A stretch of 64,000 nucleotides of DNA from Macrostomum lignano (lineage: Eukaryota): contig NIVC01000608.1 of NCBI GenBank assembly GCA_002269645.1, forward strand, positions 294,684 through 358,683. Direction: 5' to 3'. Below the pieces are notes generated by a model that saw only the letters and a list, made by a program, of their open reading frames with translations, did not search any database and had not been told where the DNA came from. The position numbers were made by a program, and so were the translations under genes. Of this stretch, positions 1-10,204 are shown one piece after another (the stretch's first letter is position 1; the number at the start of each line of letters is the position of its first letter).

Positions 1-113
1 AGTTGAGAGGAATAAAGAAGGGTATAGAAGATTATAGAAAAGAGAGATGAAAAGCAAATATTGAGATTAGCGATTAGAGTTGGAGGTTAGTGGCAACGAG
101 AAACAGGCGGAAG

Positions 114-398
114 AGATGAGAGGTAGAGAGGAGGGGTAGAGATGAGAGGTAGAGAGGAGGGGTAGAGATGAGGGGTAGAGATGAGGGGTAGAGATGAGGG
201 GTAGAGATGAGAGGTAGAGATGAGGGGTAGAGAGGAGGGGTAGAGATGAGGGGTAGAGATGAGAGGTAGAGATGAGGGGTAGAGAGGAGGGGTAGAGATG
301 AGAGGTAGAGAGGAGGGGTAGAGATGAGGGGTAGAGATGAGGGGCAGAGATGAGGGGTAGAGATGAGGGGCAGAGATGAGGGGTAGAGATGAGAGGTA
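114..398. repeat. 13-bp purine-rich minisatellite (ATGAGGGGTAGAG)n, about 21 copies, in GPSM intron
   Basis: Directly visible periodicity; explains the repetitive ORFs 67..441 and 87..431. Confidence 0.9.
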
Positions 399-449
399 GT
401 GCTGAAAAAGCAGCCACCCCTGCAGCTCCACTATCCCTCATTTATTCAG

Positions 450-1835
450 TCCGCAATTCGCTACCACACCGAGCGCTTGGCCATTGCCAAGGAGTTCGGC
501 GACCGAGGCGCCGAGCGCCGCGCCCACAGCAATCTGGGCAACGCGCACATCCTGCTAGGAGAGCTCGAGGCGGCCGCCGATCACTACAAGAGGTGCCTGA
601 GCCTGGCCAAACAGCTGGAAGAGCCGGCGCTGGAGGCCCAGGCCTGCTATTCGCTTGGCAACACGTGCACCCTGATGCGGGAGTACCGCCTGGCCATAGA
701 CTATCACGCCAGGCACCTGCGCATTGCCGAACAGCTCGGCGACAGGGTTGGCGAGGCCAGGGCCTGCTGGTCAATCGGCAACGCCTACGCCGCTGTTGGC
801 GAGCCCGCCACCGCCGCTGAATTTGCCGAGCGTCATCTGGCGCTGTCCGAGGAGCTCGGCGACGAGGCCGGAGCCGCCACGGCCAGATTGAATCTCGTTG
901 ATCTCCGCCGGTTGATCGCCTCGTCGTCAGCTGCCGCCGCTGCTCCAGCCTCGGTCAAGTCGCCGTCCAAGCAGCTGTCCGGCGAGTTCCCCACCGGCCG
1001 GCCGGCCTCAGCTGTCTGCGTCATTGTCAGCGGCCTCGACAACGGCGTCGAACCATCGGCAACGCCGGTTGTCGCCGCTGACGACGAGCTGTGCCTCCAG
1101 CGCACCGAGCTGGAGATTGAGGGCCTGAATCTGGCCAGGGCCAGCTCCGAGTCCAGTGGCCTTGGCAACTACGACTCGTCGGGATCTGGCGGCGGCGCCG
1201 GCAACGGCGGCGGTTCCCAGCAGCACCCGCCGGAGCTGGAGGCCTTCTGGGACCTCGTCTCCTACCTGCAGAGCCGCCGGATGGACGAGCAGCGCTGCTT
1301 GGCGCCGCCGATGCTCACGGCGCAGCAGGACGCCTTCCTAGACATGCTGGCTGGGGCGCAGGGCTCCCGCATGAACGATCAGCGGGCCTCGCTGCCGCCC
1401 GCGCTGTCGCATTTTCCCGGCTTGCGCGGCGACGGGCCGCCCGTGCCGCTCGGCGCCGCCGCAGCCGCTGCAGCAGCCGCCGCCGCTGCCGTAGCCGCCA
1501 CCACAGTCGAAAAAGAGAATCTGCTGCCCGACGACGCCTTCTTTGACATGTTGATGCGCTGCCAGGCCACCCGGCTGGACGAGCAGCGAACGGCGCTGCC
1601 GCCACCGCCGCCTCCGCCGCCCCCAGTGGAGGCTCCAGTTGAGCCGGACTCAAATAACGGCGCCGGGTCCGCCGAGGCCGCTGAAGCTGGTGAAGGCGCC
1701 AGAGGCGGCGGCGGCGGTCGCCAGTCGGCACCCACAGTGCCTGAGGACGACGTATTCGGTCAGATCGCCCGGCACCGGCCCACTCAGAGCAGTCGGCTGT
1801 TCGGCAAGCTCAGTCTGAAGAAGAGGCGACGCTAG
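450..1835 (+). CDS. GPSM1/2: G-protein signaling modulator (AGS3/LGN/Pins), last coding exon: TPR repeats + GoLoco motifs; upstream exons lie outside the window
   Basis: TPRs (ERLAIAKEFGDRGAERRAHSNLGNAHILLGE...EARACWSIGNAY) closely match LGN/AGS3. GoLoco motifs: FWDLVSYLQSRRMDEQR, FLDMLAGAQGSRMNDQR, FFDMLMRCQATRLDEQR. Acceptor tttattcag at 441-449, phase 0. Confidence 0.93.
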   Translation, partial: SAIRYHTERLAIAKEFGDRGAERRAHSNLGNAHILLGELEAAADHYKRCLSLAKQLEEPALEAQACYSLGNTCTLMREYRLAIDYHARHLRIAEQLGDRVGEARACWSIGNAYAAVGEPATAAEFAERHLALSEELGDEAGAATARLNLVDLRRLIASSSAAAAAPASVKSPSKQLSGEFPTGRPASAVCVIVSGLDNGVEPSATPVVAADDELCLQRTELEIEGLNLARASSESSGLGNYDSSGSGGGAGNGGGSQQHPPELEAFWDLVSYLQSRRMDEQRCLAPPMLTAQQDAFLDMLAGAQGSRMNDQRASLPPALSHFPGLRGDGPPVPLGAAAAAAAAAAAAVAATTVEKENLLPDDAFFDMLMRCQATRLDEQRTALPPPPPPPPPVEAPVEPDSNNGAGSAEAAEAGEGARGGGGGRQSAPTVPEDDVFGQIARHRPTQSSRLFGKLSLKKRRR

Positions 1836-3288
1836 AAAAGTCGATAGAATTTTTATGTCGTTTGTCGCGATTTGATTTTTTGTTGTTGTTTTTCTATTTT
1901 CATATTACTTCTATGGATTTTATGAGGAGTCGCTGCAAGTTAAGCAGAGTCGGCTGTGGTTAGTACACCGGGAGCATGAGCAATTAGTGAATTAAGAGGA
2001 TTTAAGCTGTTCACAGCCAGTTTAGTGTCAGTTTTGTCGGTCTTAATGAACGTTGATACAAAGCGGAGATTTTAGAATCGAATAGTTTTAATTTTTCTTC
2101 TGATGCAGTTTTAATTATGTTGTTGCTTCAAGTCACAGTTAACAATTAGGCATCCTAGTTTCATTGAGAACTTGGTTTAGCATTGTATTTTATTCAGAGC
2201 TTATTAATTTTCATCCTCAAGATCTGAGCTGTCAAAATGGTTAGAAACTTAGCACCCTAATTGTTATTTCATAAACCATGTAGTCCACATTTTTTTCTTT
2301 TCTTTAATTTATTGATCACTTGTTAAAAATTGCTATCCCGCCTTTCTTTCAGATGCAAATTAATAATCATAAATCAATTGAGTAGCAAAACCCGCAAAAA
2401 TTACCGTGTCTAAATTAACGTCGTTTTCTCCATAATGGAAGCAATTGATAATGAACTGCCTGCAAATACACTTAAGTGAAATCGAATCTCTCTAATCTAC
2501 GTTTTAAGGAAATTGTTTTGAACTCGCGCGCGTGACTTAGTCCAGGTCAAAACACAAACAAAATACGAGCTATATATCTGTAGACCCCAGGCCAGCCATT
2601 CTGTACCACTGTGCACGAATTTCTACAGTTATAAACAAAAATGCTAATAATTCTACTGCTAGTAGTAAAATTCCTATTTTTATTCAATTTTTAATAAAGA
2701 AAGTATAAAATTAGCCAATAGTCGTCAACTCGTCACAATGGCTTCACACAAACCACCACACATGAGACTAAAATTTCATATGAGCTACAAACTTTTTCAT
2801 CAATTTTTATGTCCTTTTTATATTAGCCATATGATGTATGACGCAATTTTAATGGCGCACGGCGATGAAAATGAGCAACTCTGGTGATTGAAGCCTGAGC
2901 TGAATAACCTGAATTGTAGTACCATTACCAAAACGTAAAATGGCCAGTTCTAGGTTACTAGATTACTTAGACTAAGAGGTTTGTGTCTGAAATGCTCAAG
3001 TCAAGAAAGAATGCTTTCAGGAATTTCTGCGATATGTGAGTCGTGACTAATTTATTTGATTTGATAGTTTGTTGAACTGGCCGATATGTTGTGTAGTTAA
3101 TAATATACAGAGTAGTTAAAATAAAACAAGAGCTGCGTCACTGCATCTAATCAAAAAATAAATTTTTACTGATTGGATGTGTCCACCGATAAAACAATGA
3201 CAACGAATAATTATGATCAAGGTAAATTTCAAATATAAATTTCAACAGTTTATGAAAAGAAAATGGAATTGCGGCAAAAATTATTCTA

Positions 3289-3361
3289 CGACCACGCCAG
3301 GACTCGAACCTGGAATCTTCTGATCCGTAGTCAGACGCGTTATCCATTGCGCCACGCGGCC
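3289..3361 (-). tRNA. tRNA-Arg-ACG: tRNA-Arg(ACG)
   Basis: Reverse complement GGCCGCGTGGCGCAATGGATAACGCGTCTGACTACGGATCAGAAGATTCCAGGTTCGAGTCCTGGCGTGGTCG, 73 nt, full cloverleaf. T5 Pol III terminator at 3276-3280. Confidence 0.97.
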
Positions 3362-4650
3362 GCTATCACATATGGAACTCGGAGCGAGCTATATAGCTCA
3401 CTTAAGGCTTTAAATCCTTCTTCAACACCCGAATTATGAATCTGATATATTAGGGCACCAGACACTAAAATTCATTATAGTATCTGTGAGATAGATCAAG
3501 GCAAGCAAAGGTGGATCGATTCACATCACACTTGTCCGGTAGTTACTTAAAGCTATAATTAATATATTGCATTGCAATTGATTGAGGTACCGGACCACTA
3601 GCAAAAAAAATAGAACAAAAACAAAAAAGCAAAAAAATATAAAAAAAATATAGCAACCATCCAACAGAAGAATAAGTTAAATCAAAACCAAAAAAAGAAA
3701 AAACAGCATTTAAAACAATTGATAATAATTCGTTGATAAAAAAGATAAGAATCAGGATTTTTAAATGACATCGAGAGCCAGTGAGAGCGCGGGAATGTTA
3801 CTGTTCATTAGCCTTTATTAATATTAGCCATTTTGTTTACCGATATTTCATACTTGGATTTACTCGTAGCTTACACAGATTATTATCTGGAATTCTATGG
3901 TTTAGTTACGAATAAGCTATATCCGACACGCGCTGGTACCAATTATCGCGCAACAAGAAACTTTAAAGCAGCTTAGCTTGCAGAATTACTGATAATGTCT
4001 AAAATAACACTCGTATTACAGGCGGACTGTTAGGCATGCTTTTTTGAAGAAGCCATCTCCTCCTTGAGAGCTGAAAGTTATCGATAGGTAACGATAGTAG
4101 GTCAATGCTAAAATCAAATCTTGTTTGCAATATGTTATGCTGCTTTCGCTACATATCGGCAGTCGATCAACTTATTATTAGCGAACACAACTACGCTTGA
4201 GATTTGAGCAACTTCCTAACCTCGAATTTGTTTACTTGTAATCTTAATTTTATATAGCCAGATAACAAATAAATTGCTCACCAATGACTATATCGCGAGT
4301 AGCGTCCTCTATTTCGCGCCTAATCTCCGCGATTAGCTCACATTTAAATAACTGCAGTTGACCCTCAATACCTGGCCTGGGCGCCGCCACCTGCTGATTC
4401 AAAGGCGGGCGCTTTGAATTCGACTTTCGCTCTCATTCAACGGCGAACAGCCAACAGCAGCAGTTCTGGAAGCTGCAGCACTCTTCAGTGCGTTCTTCGC
4501 CCTAGGCAAGCTGTTAGTATCGAAACTACTTGTGCTACTCGGATTGTCTCTTCGCTGCAGCATCTCCTCAATTGCTTGAGCTCTGGCGGTCATTGGCTAA
4601 AATTTATTTTAATGGGTGCCGTAAATGAAGAATACAAAAATAATGCTCTC

Positions 4651-4723
4651 TACCCGTGACGGGACTCGAACCCGCAATCTTCTACTTAGGAGGCAGACGC
4701 CTTATCCATTAGGCCACACGGGC
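4651..4723 (-). tRNA. tRNA-Arg-CCT: tRNA-Arg(CCT)
   Basis: Reverse complement GCCCGTGTGGCCTAATGGATAAGGCGTCTGCCTCCTAAGTAGAAGATTGCGGGTTCGAGTCCCGTCACGGGTA, 73 nt. T5 terminator at 4636-4640. Confidence 0.97.
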
Positions 4724-4933
4724 TTGAGTTTGCAAGTGACGATTGCTATTGAGTTATACTCAAACCAAATATGGGAGAAACACTACTAACAGCATTTGTT
4801 GGCCTCCGTTTCATTGACAGTTCATGGTTCGCGATGTCATTCGGCAATCCGCTAATCTGCGGCTCGCTTAAACGATGCTGCGAGCCGAACGGAAATCTGA
4901 AATATTGATTTATTGTGAACTCAGAATAAACAG

Positions 4934-5990
4934 ACTGATTGCAAAGGTGTTAGCTTGATCCAACTGATTGCAAAGGTGTTAGCTTGATCCACCTGATTGC
5001 AAAGGTGCTAGTTTGATCCAACTGATTGCAAAGGTGCTAGTTTGATCCAACTGATTGCAAAGGTGCTAGTTTGATCCAACTGATTGCAAAGGTGTTAGTT
5101 TGATCCAACTGATTGCAAAGGTGCTAGTTTGATCCAACTGATTGCAAAGGTGCTAGTTTGATCCAACTGATTGCAAAGGTGCTAGTTTGATCCAACTGAT
5201 TGCAAAGGTGCTAGTTTGATCCAACTGATTGCAAATGTGTTAGCTTGATCCAACTGATTGCAAAGGTGCTAGTTTGATCCAACTGATTGCAAAGGTGTTA
5301 GTTTGATCCAACTGATTGCAAAGGTGCTAGTTTGATCCAACTGATTGCAAAGGTGCTAGTTTGATCCAACTGATTGCAAAGGTGCTAGTTTGATCCAACT
5401 GATTGCAAATGTGTTAGCTTGATCCAACTGATTGCAAAGGTGCTAGTTTGATCCAACTGATTGCAAAGGTGCTAGTTTGATCCAACTGATTGCAAAGGTG
5501 TTAGTTTGATCCAACTGATTGCAAAGGTGCTAGTTTGATCCAACTGATTGCAAAGGTGCTAGTTTGATCCAACTGATTGCAAAGGTGCTAGTTTGATCCA
5601 ACTGATTGCAAAGGTGCTAGTTTGATCCAACTGATTGCAAAGGTGCTAGTTTGATCCAACTGATTGCAAAGGTGTTAGCTTGATCCAACTGATTGCAAAG
5701 GTGCTAGTTTGATCCAACTGATTGCAAAGGTGTTAGTTTGATCCAACTGATTGCAAAGGTGCTAGTTTGATCCAACTGATTGCAAAGGTGTTAGTTTGAT
5801 CCAACTGATTGCAAAGGTGTTAGCTTGATCCAACTGATTGCAAAGGTGCTAGTTTGATCCAACTGATTGCAAAGGTGCTAGTTTGATCCAACTGATTGCA
5901 AAGGTGCTAGTTTGATCCAACTGATTGCAAAGGTGTTAGTTTGATCCAACTGATTGCAAAGGTGCTAGTTTGATCCAACTTATTGCAAGG
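4934..5990. repeat. 29-bp tandem repeat (CCAACTGATTGCAAAGGTGCTAGTTTGAT), about 36 copies
   Basis: Near-identical head-to-tail units without spacers. Confidence 0.95.
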
Positions 5991-6169
5991 TGTAAATTAG
6001 TTCGATTTTACTCATTTTGTTATTTTGTTTATGTGTTATTAATGAGGGTATTAATTGAAATTGAGTATTTGACATACTAATTGCAAGGCTGTGTGGGTCC
6101 CATAGATTGCAGGTGCAATGCTAGCTCGACCCATTCAGTGCTAGATGCAGAAGCCCATGACTCACCTAG

Positions 6170-6598
6170 CTAAGGCACTTGTAGACGCAGCAATGTGGCA
6201 TCAGCCCTGCCATCAGCCATGAACTGTCGGGTGGTTGTCTCGAACTTGTTCGCCTGTTCCGCACTGCCGAACCTAAGCCCGTGTTCGACGCCTTCGCCGC
6301 GCCAACAAAGTAGATCCGGCTCGGCCCGCCAGAAAATACCGTCAGGCAGCGACGGTCGAGTTTTCCGCTGATCCGCTCCATCTACTGGACAATCCAGCAC
6401 CAGCTCGTTGCTCTGCAGCTTGCGGGCTTGGACTCGTAGCTGATGCTGATGATACTGCTGGTGCTGGCCAGCTAGTACCGCCTGCACGCGACAGACTGCG
6501 GCTGTTGGCAAGCCGCCAATCAACGGTAGCCAGCGCCGCTGGACCGCATCGAAACGCAGCGGAGTTGCTTGCGCAGTGACGGCTGGGGAAGATTTCAT
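6170..6598 (-). CDS. EVH1/WH1-domain protein (Spred- or Ena/VASP-like, divergent); exon about 6166-6617
   Basis: AQATPLRFDAVQRRWLPLIGG...AVCRV...LRVQARKLQSNELVLDCPV...HGLRFGSAEQANKF follows the EVH1 pattern (cf. Spred WxPxGGG/GVCKV/VVLEC, Ena FRVVGRK/YGLNFGS). Acceptor cttacag at 6618-6624, donor GTGAGT at 6165. Confidence 0.65.
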   Translation of the reverse strand: MKSSPAVTAQATPLRFDAVQRRWLPLIGGLPTAAVCRVQAVLAGQHQQYHQHQLRVQARKLQSNELVLDCPVDGADQRKTRPSLPDGIFWRAEPDLLCWRGEGVEHGLRFGSAEQANKFETTTRQFMADGRADATLLRLQVP

Positions 6599-6898
6599 TG
6601 CTGAGCTCTGCTGCTCCCTGTAAGAGTATTGCGTGGAACGGCTACATGTAGTCTTGTTACTGCCTATCGTTACAGCTAAGGCCCTGGACCCGGTAGGACT
6701 GAGGACTCCATAGACACAAGGCCCTAGAACCAGAACCCTTATAGATGTAGTGTAGTGTAGACAAAGAACGTTACCTTAGGCTTAAAACCCTAGACACAGG
6801 ACCTTATGCCTATCGAACACAAGACCTTTAGACACAGGGCCATTGGGCGAGTAGGTCTCGCTTTCAAGAACTGGATCACCTGACACAGGAGCCTAGTC

Positions 6899-7310
6899 AC
6901 AAGGCCGCCCTGGCGCAGGACCCTATAGACACAAGGCCGCCCTGGCGCAGGACCCTATAGACACAAGGCCGCCCTGGCGCAGGATCCTAAGACACAAGGC
7001 CGCCCTGGCGCAGGATCCTAAGACACAAGGCCGCCCTGGCGCAATAGACACAAGGCCGCCCTGGCGCAGGATCCTAAGAGTTAAGACACAAGGCCGCCCT
7101 GGCGCAGGACCCTATAGACACAAGGCCGCCCTGGCGCAGGACCCTATAGACACAAGGCCGCCCTGGCGCAGGACCCTATAGACACAAGGCCGCCCTGGCG
7201 CAGGACCCTATAGACACAAGGCCGCCCTGGCGCAGGACCCTATAGACGCAAGGCCGCCCTGGCGCAGGACCCTATAGACTCAAAAGGCCGCCCTGGCGCA
7301 GGACCCTAGA
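6899..7310. repeat. 32-bp tandem repeat (ACACAAGGCCGCCCTGGCGCAGGACCCTATAG), about 13 copies
   Basis: Visible periodicity with small indel variants. Confidence 0.92.
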
Positions 7311-7949
7311 CAGAAATGACAGACAGACCCTGACTCCACCGCAAGCGACAGATGCAGCTCGTACTACGCTTGACGCTCATGACGCTTGATCTTATAGGCT
7401 TGCCAATTTACTGCAGAGCAGGGGACTTCTGAGTAACTGTCGCAATTAAAGCGAGAATCGGCAGCCGTCCCTTTAACCTTTATGGATAGTTCAACTATTT
7501 CTTTCTACACCCGCAACTACAGTTCAACAAATTATAGACCGAACTATAACTTATAGATGAAATTAATTTAACTGATACAAGTCTACATTTTCGTTAGTCA
7601 AGACACTTCGCTGCTCTGTGCATGCTCACACAAACGGACCTTGCAGCCAGACAACGCAAAACGAAAATAAAAGCATTTCTAATAAAAAAGAGAAAGCAAA
7701 AATGCATCCAAAACACGACGACGTGTGCCGTACCTAGCTGCGCAAATGTTTACACAATTTAAAGGTAATGCTCAGGCAAATCAAATCATTGCTGGCGTAG
7801 GACACAATGATTTTTTATTTGCGCAACTCTGGAATTGTGAGAATATTCCGTCCATTTTTTCGGTGTTCCTATTACTGAAATTATTCGCATGCAGCAGCCA
7901 GCAGTAAATGAAGACAACTCGTGATCTAGGTCACTCTACGAGCGTATAG

Positions 7950-8360
7950 TGAATTGGGTCACTCGTGAACTGGGTCAGTCTGTCCTGAATTGGGTCACTC
8001 GTGAACTGCATGGGTCAGTCTGTCCTGAATTGGGTCACTCGTGAACTGCATGGGTCAGTCTGTCCTGAATTGGGTCACTCGTGAACTGCATGGGTCAGTC
8101 TGTTCTGAATTGGGTCACTCGTGAACTGGGTCAGTCTGTCCTGAATTGGGTCACTCGTGAACTGCATGGGTCAGTCTGTCCTGAATTGGGTCACTCGTTA
8201 ACTGCATGGGTCAGTCTGTCCTGAATTGGGTCACTCGTGAACTGCATGGGTCAGTCTGTCCTGAATTGGGTCACTCGTGAACTGCATGGGTCAGTCTGTC
8301 CTGAATTGGGTCACTCGTGAACTGCATGGGTCAGTCTGTCCTGAATTGGGTCACTCGTGA
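7950..8360. repeat. 40-bp (36-bp variant) tandem repeat (TGAATTGGGTCACTCGTGAACTGCATGGGTCAGTCTGTCC), about 10 copies
   Basis: Visible periodicity. Confidence 0.92.
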
Positions 8361-10204
8361 GTTACTCTTGGGTTACTCGAAGTGGACTGGGTCAGTATTT
8401 CCTGAACTGGGTCGCTATATAGTGAACTGGGTGGGTCACTCTGTCCTAGATTGAGTCACTCTTCGAACTTCAGACAGATCGAATATGTCACTTTGAATTT
8501 GCAACATGTAGCTCTCGTCAATGACAAAAAAGTGAAAGAAAGAAAATATTTTCGCAAATTATTGATAATTAACCAATCAATAAATAACTATAGAACCTCC
8601 GCTGGTCAGAATTGTTAAATAAAAGTATCTTAAAAGTTTTTTAATCGCTTATAGTATAAAAAGCCTGATAATGGAATTGAAGCAAATCCAAAAATTACAT
8701 AAACATACATGCTTTTGTAGTTCTTGCAAGCCTTGATGGAATTATGAATCTGAACTTGTAATTTTTTTACGCCTCGCTTCTTATCATACACTATAATACC
8801 AACGTATTTTTTCTCGATAAATATTAGTTATCTGCAGAAGTGCACGCGATATCTTTTAAATCAGCGCCTTTGCTACTTGTGTCAAGATACATTTAGTTTA
8901 ACAAAATTTACTATGGAGTTAATATGTACTTGTACACCATAACATGTATTACAATAAACGAGAAATAGCTAGGTTAATATCTAAAAATTTACACAATTCG
9001 ATTTTTTTAATCTTAAGACATTAGCACGCGAAAACATGTACAGAAAGAACATATACAATTGGATCTAGTACTCTGTGCTGTAAATACAGTAATAAACTAT
9101 TGTCTGAGCACAAATGTGAATTGTTTTGTTTTTTTTATTTAGGTTGTGTCGGCCGAGAACGAGAATAATCGACCGAGAACTACGAGCATGGTTTCTGCTT
9201 CTACATGTATTTTCCGAATCTCGGCCGGTTCAGCATCTGAACCGCATATGTATAGGTTTTCCTCACCATTCATTAGGGACTACATGTACATGTACAAATA
9301 CTCTTTAGTCCCCCTGATAATTTTTCATGCAGTACATTATCCAGTAAAAATATGGAACCGACTTTTCCTGGTTCTCTACATTTACTTTAACGTGTATTCC
9401 CATTACATAATAAATTACATTTGCATTTCAGTCTCAGACTATACAGTTATAGGTGTACAGTCACACAGTGTGTATGCAGCTATGAAATCGATGTACATGT
9501 ACATGTAATCGCGCTCTATAGATCTCTCTCTAAGTAAGGTGGAGTATAGTATATGTCGGTCAGATTGTGTAGGAACCTTCAGAATCAGAAGCTGTATTTC
9601 CTTTTCATTGTTAAAGCTAAACTGTTTTTGCGATGCCAAAGAACAAAACTTACATGCCATAAATGTTTTACTCCAGCATTGTCTTCTGACACGTAACGCA
9701 AAATAAAAATCTAAACAAAACTTTTTTGTTTGGCTGGCAATGCAATAATTAGAATTAAAGTCTTATATGACACTATTTAGTTTCTTATATTTTTATCAAC
9801 AAAATTTTGATATTAAGTTTGTTTTGTTACGAGATTAGTATTCCAGTACAAAAATTGATTTCAATTTTTATAAGAAACAATTTTTCATCTGTAACTAACT
9901 TACTGGTGGCCTGCCTGTGGGCGTGTTAGGTATTAATAGCGTAAATTAGATTTTTTTCGCATCTAATTATAAGTATTATAAACAGTGCTAAGCTAAAGTC
10001 AAAAGTATCTTTCTACCATATCAACATCCAGAAATACAACTCGGGCTTACAGTGTATACTGCGATATGGGCTTAGGCTTATGCTAATAATAGTGAACATT
10101 TATCTGGGTTATTATAAAATACAGTAATAGTGAAGCTGTTCTGTTGAGTTGTGCATAGGTCTTAATAAAAGCACTAAAAGAGCCAATAAGCGCATCGAGA
10201 CAAA

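Noticed and set aside
3147-3347. 66-aa ORF MDNASDYGSEDSRFESW
   Set aside because: It is the tRNA-Arg(ACG) gene read as codons.
4934-5990. Regular ~29-bp repeats (also 30-bp at 12083-12930 and 25-bp at 22078-22735) as CRISPR arrays
   Set aside because: Units are head-to-tail with no unique spacers, there are no cas genes, and the context is eukaryotic introns.
6162-6172. Functional stop-codon readthrough at TAG-CTAG as an established feature
   Set aside because: Readthrough plus splicing to 4596 would add only about 11 residues and UAG is the weaker context; kept only as a hypothesis.
9146-9260. STCIFRISAG as the first coding exon of HINT3
   Set aside because: Lacks the second Cys of CxxC and is phase-incompatible; exon 10205-10270 (MACVFC) fits exactly.
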